From the NCBI RefSeq assembly GCF_000007985.2, contig NC_002939.5:60001-92000 (forward strand): a DNA stretch of 32,000 nt. The letters are read 5' to 3'. The notes below the pieces were generated by a model. The model made no database searches, had not been told where the DNA came from, and saw only the letters and a program-made list of their open reading frames with translations. The position numbers and the translations under genes were made by a program. Each line of letters opens with the position of its first letter. The stretch's first letter is position 1. Positions 10,329 through 19,723 of this stretch are shown here, one piece after another. This stretch comes from Geobacter sulfurreducens PCA. GTDB taxonomy: Bacteria > Desulfobacterota > Desulfuromonadia > Geobacterales > Geobacteraceae.

Positions 10329-11948
10329 ATGAGTATGTACTTTGTATTGACAATCGCCTTTCTCGACGGCCGTTTCCACGGCAGGCGGGACGGTGACGAG
10401 CCGGAATGGCCTCCTTCTCCGTTAAGGGTTTTTCAAGCATTGGTGGCAGCATCAGCACGGATGAACGGCGGGGCATTGTCGTCAGATGGCAGTTCTGCGT
10501 TGCAGTGGCTTCAGGCGCAGCCTGCTCCTGCGATTGTCGCACCGTCAGGCATCCTTTCGGCTTCGCCATATCGACTTTCAGTGCCGAACAACGCCATGGA
10601 CATCGTTGCGAGAGCATGGGGTCGAGGTAATGAAACCAACTCGGGTGACGCCAACCCTGCGACGCACCGCACGATGAAGAGCATCCGTCCCATTCATTTG
10701 ATAGACAGCAGTTCGGTGCATTACCTATGGCGAGTAAGCGAACCGGTTGCCCCAGAGATAGCCGATTACGTCCATGCAATAGTGGAGATGGCTCAAAACA
10801 TCAACGTGTTGGGCTGGGGGATCGATATGGTGGTGGGAAATGGCGCGATGCTTACCGAGGAGCAGATGGAGTCTCTTCCCGGTGAGCGTTGGTTGCCACA
10901 CGCTGAGACCGGTGTGGACGGCCTACGGGTACCGGTCAACGGGACTCTGGCCGATTTGCAGGCGCGGCATGAAGGATTTCTTTCGCGGCTGGCGCACGGC
11001 ATCTTCACTCCGCCTCCGCCGTTGGCTGTCTACGACAAGATCAATTATCGGCGGGCCATTGATCCACCCCCGAGGGCAATTGCCGCATTTTCCCTGCTGA
11101 AGACAGATGCCAGCGGATTCCGGGCCTTCGACACGGCTAGATGGGCGCTCACCGTGGCCGGGATGACGCGCCATGCCGCACGACGGGCGGCGCAAGGCGC
11201 GGGTTGGAAAGAATCAAGGATAAACGGCTGCATCCTTGGGCACGGCGAATCAATCGGCGATGAAAAACATCTCCCGACAGGACCACAACGTTTTGCATAT
11301 CTCCCCGTGCCGAGTCTGGAGGCCCGAGGTGCCGGCAAGGCACCAGTGATTGGCAGCGTACGCAGGGTGATTATCACCGCTTTTGATGGGGCGTGTGGAG
11401 ATGAAATCGACTGGGCGCGTCGCGCACTTTCGGGACAGATGCTAGAGAAGATCAAGAAAGACGAGAGCGATGATAAAGAGCACGTGGCGTTGCTTTCCCT
11501 GCTCCCCGGATCCGACAAGGTGATTCGCTCGTACCTCCGACCGTCCTCTTCCTGGGCGACCGTTACCCCCGTCGTTCTTCCGGGGTATGACGACCCGGCG
11601 CACTACAGACGCCGGCTCCAGCACGTCACTAACTCGGATGAGCAAAAGCGGCTACTGTGGCATCTCCATGAACGGATCGACGGTTTGCTCCGGAAAGCCA
11701 TTGTGCAGGCGCAGTTTCCCGAAATACTGGCGAAGAATGCACTGATCGAATGGCGCAAGGTTGGCTACTGGCGTGGCGCCGATCTGGCGGATCGTTATGG
11801 CGTGCCGGACCACCTCAAGAAATTCCCGCGTTACCATGTCAAAATCCAGTGGCGCAATGATTGTCAGATGCCGGTGCGGATTGATGGCCCAATCTGCATT
11901 GGAGGTGGGCGATTCTACGGCCTCGGTCTTTTCGCCCCCGTTGACTGA
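10329..11948 (+). CDS. csb2: Csb2 (Cas5-Cas6 fusion-type subunit of type I-G)
   Basis: Track ORF 10284..11948. The likely start is ATG 10329 (MSMYFVLTIAFLDGRFHGRRDGDEPEWPPSPLRVFQALVAA), 14 nt after the csb1 stop. The N-terminus is RAMP-like, and the size and position match GSU0054/Csb2. Confidence 0.78.
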   Translation: MSMYFVLTIAFLDGRFHGRRDGDEPEWPPSPLRVFQALVAASARMNGGALSSDGSSALQWLQAQPAPAIVAPSGILSASPYRLSVPNNAMDIVARAWGRGNETNSGDANPATHRTMKSIRPIHLIDSSSVHYLWRVSEPVAPEIADYVHAIVEMAQNINVLGWGIDMVVGNGAMLTEEQMESLPGERWLPHAETGVDGLRVPVNGTLADLQARHEGFLSRLAHGIFTPPPPLAVYDKINYRRAIDPPPRAIAAFSLLKTDASGFRAFDTARWALTVAGMTRHAARRAAQGAGWKESRINGCILGHGESIGDEKHLPTGPQRFAYLPVPSLEARGAGKAPVIGSVRRVIITAFDGACGDEIDWARRALSGQMLEKIKKDESDDKEHVALLSLLPGSDKVIRSYLRPSSSWATVTPVVLPGYDDPAHYRRRLQHVTNSDEQKRLLWHLHERIDGLLRKAIVQAQFPEILAKNALIEWRKVGYWRGADLADRYGVPDHLKKFPRYHVKIQWRNDCQMPVRIDGPICIGGGRFYGLGLFAPVD

Positions 11949-11998
11949 CGATGTCATGTAGAAAAATTACAAAGTAGGAAGGAGGATTTCTAATCACT

Positions 11999-12295
11999 TC
12001 ACCCGCCGCGCTTCATCCACCGCCTCGGATTACGCTTGGCATGAAACACGGCAAGAACGACAACCCGCGTCTCTTCGAGCAAAAAGAAAATTTGGTAGGG
12101 GAAGCGCCTGATGAGGGTCCTGCGGAGGTTATTGTGAACAACCGGAAACTGGCGGGGATTGCGGAGGATGGAATGGAACGCGGCATCTACGTTCAGCAGA
12201 AAATCCGAGCCGAGTCCCGAAACGCGGTCCTCATACCAGTCAAAGGCGTCTGCTAGTTCGGATTCTGCCTCGGGGCGGACGATCAATTCAAACAT
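11999..12295 (-). CDS. Type II toxin, ParE/RelE superfamily
   Basis: Start at MFELIVRPEAESELADAFDWYEDR... (ATG 12295), in frame within track ORF 11999..12388. It overlaps the upstream antitoxin stop by 8 nt (CGTGATGTTTGA). The length (98 aa) and sequence pattern are typical of ParE/RelE toxins. Confidence 0.75.
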   Translation of the reverse strand: MFELIVRPEAESELADAFDWYEDRVSGLGSDFLLNVDAAFHSILRNPRQFPVVHNNLRRTLIRRFPYQIFFLLEETRVVVLAVFHAKRNPRRWMKRGG

Positions 12296-12515
12296 CACGC
12301 CGGTTCCTGATCCGTTCTCTGACGATGTCCCAGGGCGATCCTTTGCCGGGGTCGGCATGGTAGGCATCCAGGCGCCTGTCCAGCTCAATCTTCTGTTCGT
12401 CGGTCAACTGGACTGACTCGGGAACGCTGGCGATGCTGTCCCAGATATCCTCAACCAGTTGGATGCGTTCGGATATGCTGAGGTCCAGTATGTTTTCCTT
12501 TGCTAGTCTACCCAT
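12288..12515 (-). CDS. Antitoxin ('putative addiction module component' family)
   Basis: Start at MGRLAKENILDLSISERIQLVEDIWDSIA... (ATG 12515, AGAGG upstream), in frame within track ORF 12288..12584. The ERxxLxExxWDS...DEQKxELDRRLxxY pattern is typical of this antitoxin family, and the gene is coupled to the toxin. Confidence 0.7.
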   Translation of the reverse strand: MGRLAKENILDLSISERIQLVEDIWDSIASVPESVQLTDEQKIELDRRLDAYHADPGKGSPWDIVRERIRNRRDV

Positions 12516-12628
12516 GGCGTAACCTCTTATGGAAAATTGTCCGGAGAGTGAGTGCATCTTAGCAAATATGGTTGATTTTTCCAATCATCCGTACTGCCGG
12601 TAGCCGTGGCGGTCTTAAGGAGGGGACA

Positions 12629-14308
12629 ATGGCTGAGACAGACGGGAGTATTCCTCTCATCCCGGTTCGCATGCTCAACGAACACGTCTACTGCCCGCGA
12701 CTGGCCTATCTCATGTGGGTGCAGGGTGAGTTCTCCCACAATGAGTTCACGGTTGATGGCGTTATCCGCCACCGCAGGGTCGATGCTGGCGGCGGAGTGC
12801 TGCCCTCCGAGACCCAGGAGGATTCCAGGATACATGCCCGCTCGGTGAGTCTCAGCTCGGAACGGCTGGGAATTACCGCCAAGATCGATCTGGTGGAAGG
12901 GGAGGGAGCATACGTTTCTCCTGTCGATTACAAGCGGGGCAAACGCCCCCATGTGGCCGGCGGAGCATACGAGCCGGAGCGGGTTCAGCTCTGTGCCCAG
13001 GGGCTTCTTCTGCGGGAGCACGGATTTGCCAGCGATGGCGGCGCTCTCTACTTCGTTGCCTCCCGCGAACGGGTGCCGGTTGCATTTGATGATGAACTGA
13101 TCGGAAGAACCCTGGCCGCCATTGATGAGATGGGACGCACGGCGTTGTCGGGCACGATGCCCCCGCCGCTGGAGGACAGTCCCAAATGCCCTCGCTGCTC
13201 GCTGGTGGGGATCTGTCTGCCGGATGAAGTGCGCTTTCTCTCCCATTTGTCGGTGGAGCCCCGCCCGATCATCCCGGCCGACGGGCGGGGGCTTCCTCTT
13301 TATGTCCAGTCGCCTAAGGCCTATGTGCGCAAGGACGGCGATTGCCTGGTCATCGAAGAGGAGCGGGTACGGGTGGCCGAGGCCCGGTTGGGGGAGACGT
13401 CGCAGGTGGCGCTCTTCGGCAACGCGACCCTCACGACGGCGGCCCTCCACGAATGTCTGCGCCGGGAGATTCCCGTCACTTGGCTCTCCTACGGGGGCTG
13501 GTTCATGGGGCATACCGTCAGCACGGGGCACCGCAATGTGGAAACCCGCACCTACCAGTACCAGCGGAGCTTTGATCCGGAGACCTGCCTGAACCTCGCC
13601 CGGCGCTGGATCGTAGCCAAGATCGCCAACTGTCGGACGCTGCTGCGGCGCAACTGGCGGGGGGAAGGTGACGAAGCAAAGGCGCCCCCCGGTCTGCTCA
13701 TGTCGCTGCAGGATGACATGCGCCACGCAATGCGAGCCCCTTCGCTGGAGGTGCTGCTCGGCATCGAGGGGGCTTCCGCCGGCCGCTACTTTCAGCATTT
13801 CAGCCGGATGCTCCGCGGTGGTGATGGCGAAGGGATGGGTTTTGACTTCACCACCCGCAACCGCCGTCCGCCCAAGGATCCGGTCAATGCCCTGCTCTCC
13901 TTCGCCTATGCCATGCTCACCCGGGAGTGGACCGTGGCGCTCGCCGCCGTGGGACTCGATCCCTACCGGGGCTTCTACCATCAGCCCCGCTTCGGCCGTC
14001 CGGCCCTGGCTCTTGACATGATGGAGCCGTTTCGGCCGCTGATCGCGGATTCAACGGTGCTTATGGCAATCAATAACGGCGAGATCCGCACCGGCGACTT
14101 CGTCCGTTCCGCCGGCGGCTGCAACCTGACCGACAGCGCACGCAAGCGTTTCATCGCTGGGTTCGAGCGCCGTATGGAGCAGGAGGTGACACACCCCATC
14201 TTCAAGTACACAATCAGTTACCGGCGGCTGCTGGAGGTGCAGGCGCGGCTTCTGACCCGTTACCTTTCGGGGGAGATCCCCGCCTATCCGAACTTTGTCA
14301 CGAGGTGA
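12629..14308 (+). CDS. cas4-cas1: Cas4-Cas1 fusion (adaptation nuclease/integrase)
   Basis: ATG 12629 is preceded by AAGGAGG, within track ORF 12572..14308. Cas4 part: N-terminal YCPRLAYL Cys, RecB-like IDLVE...VDYKRGK and the CPRCSLVGIC Cys cluster. The Cas1 part runs from about LPLYVQSP... to the C-terminus. Cas4/Cas1 fusion is a hallmark of I-U/I-G. Confidence 0.9.
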   Translation: MAETDGSIPLIPVRMLNEHVYCPRLAYLMWVQGEFSHNEFTVDGVIRHRRVDAGGGVLPSETQEDSRIHARSVSLSSERLGITAKIDLVEGEGAYVSPVDYKRGKRPHVAGGAYEPERVQLCAQGLLLREHGFASDGGALYFVASRERVPVAFDDELIGRTLAAIDEMGRTALSGTMPPPLEDSPKCPRCSLVGICLPDEVRFLSHLSVEPRPIIPADGRGLPLYVQSPKAYVRKDGDCLVIEEERVRVAEARLGETSQVALFGNATLTTAALHECLRREIPVTWLSYGGWFMGHTVSTGHRNVETRTYQYQRSFDPETCLNLARRWIVAKIANCRTLLRRNWRGEGDEAKAPPGLLMSLQDDMRHAMRAPSLEVLLGIEGASAGRYFQHFSRMLRGGDGEGMGFDFTTRNRRPPKDPVNALLSFAYAMLTREWTVALAAVGLDPYRGFYHQPRFGRPALALDMMEPFRPLIADSTVLMAINNGEIRTGDFVRSAGGCNLTDSARKRFIAGFERRMEQEVTHPIFKYTISYRRLLEVQARLLTRYLSGEIPAYPNFVTR

Positions 14309-14312
14309 GGGG

Positions 14313-14600
14313 ATGGAGCATCTCTACATTGTGAGCTATGATATTCGCAACCAGCGCCGGTGGCGGCGGCTATTCAAGACCATGCACGGCTTCGGCTGCT
14401 GGCTGCAACTGTCGGTGTTTCAGTGCCGCCTTGACAGGATTCGAATCATCAAAATGGAGGCGGCAATCAACGAAATTGTCAACCACGCGGAAGACCACGT
14501 GCTTATCCTCGATCTTGGTCCGGCCGAGAACGTTAAACCAAAAGTGAGCAGCATAGGAAAGACATTTGACCCGATCTTGCGCCAAGCGGTGATAGTCTGA
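14313..14600 (+). CDS. cas2: Cas2
   Basis: Start at MEHLYIVSYDIRNQRRWRRLFKTMHGFGCWLQLSVFQC... (ATG 14313, GAGGTGAGGGG upstream), 5 nt after the cas4-cas1 stop. It is 95 aa with a Cas2 N-terminal beta-strand/Asp pattern. Confidence 0.85.
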   Translation: MEHLYIVSYDIRNQRRWRRLFKTMHGFGCWLQLSVFQCRLDRIRIIKMEAAINEIVNHAEDHVLILDLGPAENVKPKVSSIGKTFDPILRQAVIV

Positions 14601-14805
14601 TGCGGATGCCGTCCTTGGTCGAGTGGTCCAATGATGCTGCAAAGTACGCCAGTGCTCGAATTTCAAATGCTCTCTGGAAATTGAATAGATACGTAGTTTG
14701 GTATGTGAGTTCAATGATAAATCGGATGTGTAACGTGGAAGGTCTGTTATACTGCTCGAATTCCATGGTATGAGACCCCATGGAATCAAGGGCGGGAAAA
14801 GAGCC
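14601..14805 (+). promoter_or_regulatory. CRISPR leader (AT-rich, cas2-proximal)
   Basis: About 205 bp, relatively AT-rich and non-coding, between the cas2 stop and repeat 1. It contains TTCCATGG-N9-CCATGGAA (14761-14785) and two copies of TGCTCGAATT exactly 100 bp apart (14653, 14753). Confidence 0.6.
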
Positions 14806-17627
14806 GTATTCCGGGGCCATGATGCCCCGGCCTCATTGAAGCAACTTTGCCGGGGATTCTCTTTTCTGTGAATGGGCTGTATTCCGGGGCCATGATGCCC
14901 CGGCCTCATTGAAGCTTTTATGCCAAATGTACGGACATTGCAAGTTAATCGTATTCCGGGGCCATGATGCCCCGGCCTCATTGAAGCTTGATGTCATCGC
15001 CCACCTGAAGGTACAGGTCGCCGTATTCCGGGGCCATGATGCCCCGGCCTCATTGAAGCGCAAGGGCTGTGCCGTCCGTAACGTTGTCCGGTTTGGTATT
15101 CCGGGGCCATGATGCCCCGGCCTCATTGAAGCGCGATGGTCGGACGCTTGAGGACCAGGTTGTACGCCGCGTATTCCGGGGCCATGATGCCCCGGCCTCA
15201 TTGAAGCGTCTTCAAGCCCGCTGGTGATTTTGAGGGTAAATTCGGTATTCCGGGGCCATGATGCCCCGGCCTCATTGAAGCTCGTAGCGCGTTTCCCGCG
15301 TCAGGCAGTACCCCATGAAGTATTCCGGGGCCATGATGCCCCGGCCTCATTGAAGCCCGGTAACGGCCTTATTAACATCATCTGATGATTCTGTATTCCG
15401 GGGCCATGATGCCCCGGCCTCATTGAAGCCCAAATAGACTGAAGGCTGTTTATAAGTTCTGGATTGTATTCCGGGGCCATGATGCCCCGGCCTCATTGAA
15501 GCGCGTGCTCAGGGAGGGACAAAGGGTCGAACATGTCACGTATTCCGGGGCCATGATGCCCCGGCCTCATTGAAGCTAAACTTTTTGGGGGGCCAGCGGG
15601 GGGCTTGCCCCGTATTCCGGGGCCATGATGCCCCGGCCTCATTGAAGCAACCGCTCCAGGCCACCCTCCTGCCGGCACTGGGCGTATTCCGGGGCCATGA
15701 TGCCCCGGCCTCATTGAAGCTTGATCATTGAGAGGGTGATCCGCTCTCCGGAGAGTGTATTCCGGGGCCATGATGCCCCGGCCTCATTGAAGCTTGTATA
15801 ACGGCTGCCGGATCAACAAGGGGAGTTTCGGTATTCCGGGGCCATGATGCCCCGGCCTCATTGAAGCTTGTCAAGCTCCCCCTTCCTGTCTGGTGGACAA
15901 TACGTATTCCGGGGCCATGATGCCCCGGCCTCATTGAAGCTGAATCTCAGTGAGTGTTTCAGCTCCCAACATCACAAGTATTCCGGGGCCATGATGCCCC
16001 GGCCTCATTGAAGCACGCTTGATCCAGTCCACCAACTGTTCTTCCACCCTGTATTCCGGGGCCATGATGCCCCGGCCTCATTGAAGCTCCTTGCGGGCGC
16101 GCTCGGCGTTTCGTTCCTGTTCGGGTATTCCGGGGCCATGATGCCCCGGCCTCATTGAAGCCGTCTGACCAGTTCATATTGTTGACGGCCCAGTCCGTAT
16201 TCCGGGGCCATGATGCCCCGGCCTCATTGAAGCTTGGATATTAATGGCAAAGGCTACAAACGCATCGCCGTATTCCGGGGCCATGATGCCCCGGCCTCAT
16301 TGAAGCGACGTCGACACCTGGCGCGCCGCCGGCATGGTGGCCGGTATTCCGGGGCCATGATGCCCCGGCCTCATTGAAGCCTATTGTAACCGGCGCTTGC
16401 GTAATCCAGGTGTATTGGTATTCCGGGGCCATGATGCCCCGGCCTCATTGAAGCGTCTCGATAGCCGCCGTGTTTTCGCCGACGGTGGTCGTATTCCGGG
16501 GCCATGATGCCCCGGCCTCATTGAAGCCTCTCTCAGGGCGCACAGGTAATCCTCCAGCGGCGGTATTCCGGGGCCATGATGCCCCGGCCTCATTGAAGCG
16601 TGGTGATGCTGGAAGTCGTGGGCACCTCCCCAGTCGGTATTCCGGGGCCATGATGCCCCGGCCTCATTGAAGCCACGTATACCGTCGCGCCCTTGTGCAC
16701 GAAGTCGACCGTATTCCGGGGCCATGATGCCCCGGCCTCATTGAAGCTTCATGACTTTGCGGTACTTCTCATAGGCTTCGGATGTATTCCGGGGCCATGA
16801 TGCCCCGGCCTCATTGAAGCTGCAACCCCTTCTCCTTCTCCTTCTCCTTATATAAAAGTATTCCGGGGCCATGATGCCCCGGCCTCATTGAAGCACGGCA
16901 GACCGGCCCGAGACACTGACCCAGGAAGAAGTATTCCGGGGCCATGATGCCCCGGCCTCATTGAAGCTACCTCTACCGCGACAAGGAATATCACGGACAT
17001 CTCGTATTCCGGGGCCATGATGCCCCGGCCTCATTGAAGCATGTGTCCGCTGGTGAGCGTGACGCGATCCTCGCTGTATTCCGGGGCCATGATGCCCCGG
17101 CCTCATTGAAGCGGCATAGTTGTAGGTGACTTGCACCAGAGCGACCGGGTATTCCGGGGCCATGATGCCCCGGCCTCATTGAAGCTCGTACATCTGCACC
17201 ACGGCGGCGTGCCGTTTTTCCTGTATTCCGGGGCCATGATGCCCCGGCCTCATTGAAGCATCGCTGTGCATGCTGTCGAATTCGGCGTGGGTGAGTATTC
17301 CGGGGCCATGATGCCCCGGCCTCATTGAAGCGGGTAACGTCTCGGGCAGGTAGTTGTTTTCCAAGGGTGTATTCCGGGGCCATGATGCCCCGGCCTCATT
17401 GAAGCTTGCTCAACGAAGAAATATTCCGCCTCTGCCCGTTGTATTCCGGGGCCATGATGCCCCGGCCTCATTGAAGCGACGAGATGCGCCCATCCAGCAA
17501 GCGAGCCCCTCCCCCGTATTCCGGGGCCATGATGCCCCGGCCTCATTGAAGCTCGGCCGTCGATTTGCCCGAACTGGCATACCCCTCGAAGTATTCCGGG
17601 GCCATTGCGATCATGACCAATGCCGCC
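14806..17627 (+). CRISPR. CRISPR array: 38 full 37-nt repeats, 38 spacers (35-38 nt) and a truncated terminal repeat
   Basis: The repeat is GTATTCCGGGGCCATGATGCCCCGGCCTCATTGAAGC. Copies start at 14806, 14879, 14951, 15023, 15096, 15171, 15245, 15320, 15393, 15466, 15540, 15612, 15684, 15757, 15831, 15904, 15978, 16051, 16125. Further copies start at 16197, 16270, 16344, 16418, 16491, 16563, 16637, 16711, 16784, 16858, 16931, 17004, 17076, 17149, 17223, 17295, 17369, 17441, 17516. I saw no variant copies by eye. A 39th copy at 17591 matches only its first 15 nt. The repeat has an internal 7-bp palindrome CCGGGGC/GCCCCGG. Its ATTGAAGC 3' end and the cas2-side leader set the orientation as +. 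Confidence 0.97.
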
Positions 17628-17756
17628 ATCACCTTTTCCGACGCAGTCGCTGACGTCGCCAGCACAAAAGAGTTGATCAACGCTCAACAAGAGCAACAAG
17701 GCTCGGGGTGGTGGAACGAAACACAAGCCTTCGCCAACATATCCAGCTCCAACTAG
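17613..17756 (+). CDS. Small ORF or C-terminal gene remnant (47 aa) immediately after the broken terminal repeat
   Basis: MTNAAITFSDAVADVASTKELINAQQEQQGSGWWNETQAFANISSSN. Third-position GC is coding-like, but I saw no convincing SD. The reading frame is open back into the last spacer and repeat. It is followed 8 nt later by copy A of the hairpin element. Confidence 0.25.
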   Translation: MTNAAITFSDAVADVASTKELINAQQEQQGSGWWNETQAFANISSSN

Positions 17757-17764
17757 CGCTGTCC

Positions 17765-17855
17765 GCCTCCTCATCGGAGGCACCCGCCCGCTGCCGGGAG
17801 ATTGTCCACGACACTCCCGCACGGGAGGAGTGTCTTCCCACTGAGGAGGCATATC
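17765..17855 (+). repeat. Structured intergenic/leader element, copy A
   Basis: Hairpin 1 is GCCTCC-tcatc-GGAGGC (17765-17781). A conserved GGCACCCGCCC...GCCGGGAG block follows. Hairpin 2 is GACACTCC-9nt-GGAGTGTC (17810-17834). The SD GAGGAGG then precedes ATG 17856. It is about 80% identical to copy B over about 90 nt. Confidence 0.65.
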
Positions 17856-18838
<983 letters not shown>

Positions 18839-18851
18839 CCCCTCTTGACTC

Positions 18852-18886
18852 GCCTCCTTTCGAGGCCCCCGCTCACCCGGGACGTT
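18852..18886 (+). repeat. Structured element, copy C (5' part only)
   Basis: GCCTC-ctttc-GAGGC (18852-18866) is identical to hairpin 1 of copy B. It is followed by CCCCGCTCACCCGGGAC, which resembles the next block. Similarity is then lost. Confidence 0.5.
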
Positions 18887-18899
18887 CACCCTGTCTTAA

Positions 18900-19271
18900 C
18901 AGCACAGTGATAAGCCATGGTCGAACATCGACATACCTTTGGATAACACCCCCTTCGTCAGGCAGCCATTGGACAAAAGGTGCGTCGGTTGGACGATTTT
19001 CAACGACTTAGAAACGACTATAGATATCCAGGCGCTCGCCGCGTCACTGATCCCGGCGGCAGCGGGCAACACAGACCCGTTCTGGAACGGCGCCGCTCGT
19101 GATGTTTTCACCGGAATCCTTTCGTCGCTTTGGCGGGACAATTACCGGAGCAATCGTGGGATCTGGAACTCGCTCACGGCTCCAATTGAGGAAATCGCCG
19201 AGATGATCCACGGTGTCGCCGGCGGGGAGGCTACCGTTACCACTGCCGGTACCAGGATGGTTTCGTGGTAA
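18900..19271 (+). pseudogene. Fragment of a type IV secretion coupling protein (TraG/TraD/VirD4-like)
   Basis: The frame is open from 18900 (track ORF 18939..19271). ...GWTIFNDLETTIDIQALAASLIPAAAGNTDPFWNGAARDVFTGILSSLW... resembles the central (D/N)PFW...AR...L region of T4CPs. Only about 120 aa are present where about 600 are expected, with no proper start. Confidence 0.45.
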
Positions 19272-19385
19272 CCGTTTCGCTGAACTCCCTCAAGACTCTT
19301 TGGAGTGGGCTAGGCATGCGGTTTCAGGAGGGATTCTGGATAAACGTCGAGAAATAGCGGTTGACGATCGTGGTTGGTATCCGGG

Positions 19386-19406
19386 GGGAGCGATCTCCCT
19401 TTTTTT
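19386..19406 (+). terminator. Weak intrinsic terminator-like hairpin
   Basis: GGGAG-cgat-CTCCC followed by T7. Confidence 0.3.
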
Positions 19407-19475
19407 CATGACAATCCTACCTCCCCCCTTAACACCCTTCTGATATTTCCTCCATAACATTTCAGGAGGTGTCGC

Positions 19476-19697
19476 ATGGGTAGAATGATACGGTTGGCGG
19501 AGGTACTGTCGGTTGCAGGGTGTTCGGAGGCGACATTGTGGCGGTGGGAGCGGGCCGGGCTTTTCCCTCGCCGAAGAAGAATCGGTCTCCGTGCGGTGGC
19601 CTGGGATTCTGAGGAGGTAGAGGAGTGGCGGAGGACCCGGCCGCTCTGTTCAACTGCAACGGTAGGCGAGGTGGGCGAGGTGCGGGCGGCTCTATGA
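19476..19697 (+). CDS. AlpA-family HTH protein / excisionase-like regulator
   Basis: AGGAGG lies 6 nt upstream of ATG 19476. MGRMIRLAEVLSVAGCSEATLWRWERAGLFPRRRRIGLRAVAWDSEEVEEWRR matches the AlpA/prophage CP4-57 regulatory pattern (L..EV....G.S..T.WRW...G.FP....IG.R.V.W...EV..W). It sits next to the integrase. Confidence 0.7.
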   Translation: MGRMIRLAEVLSVAGCSEATLWRWERAGLFPRRRRIGLRAVAWDSEEVEEWRRTRPLCSTATVGEVGEVRAAL

Positions 19698-19723
19698 GCC
19701 GCCCTTGCTCAGATCGTAAATTA

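Noticed and set aside
12527-13981. 484-aa minus-strand ORF
   Set aside because: It is antisense to the well-supported cas4-cas1 gene. Its Arg/Gly/Pro-rich composition is typical of shadow ORFs in high-GC DNA, and it has no recognisable motifs.
17779-17797. Possible sigma-54 promoter (GGCAC...TGC) inside the repeated element (also 18302-18320)
   Set aside because: The GG-to-GC spacing does not fit the 12-nt register of TGGCAC-N5-TTGC in either copy, and the -12-like bases are not conserved between copies A and B.
19213-19659. ORFs 19213..19443 (+) and 19462..19659 (-)
   Set aside because: The first overlaps the end of the T4CP fragment and runs through a terminator-like hairpin. The second is antisense to the SD-supported alpA-like gene.
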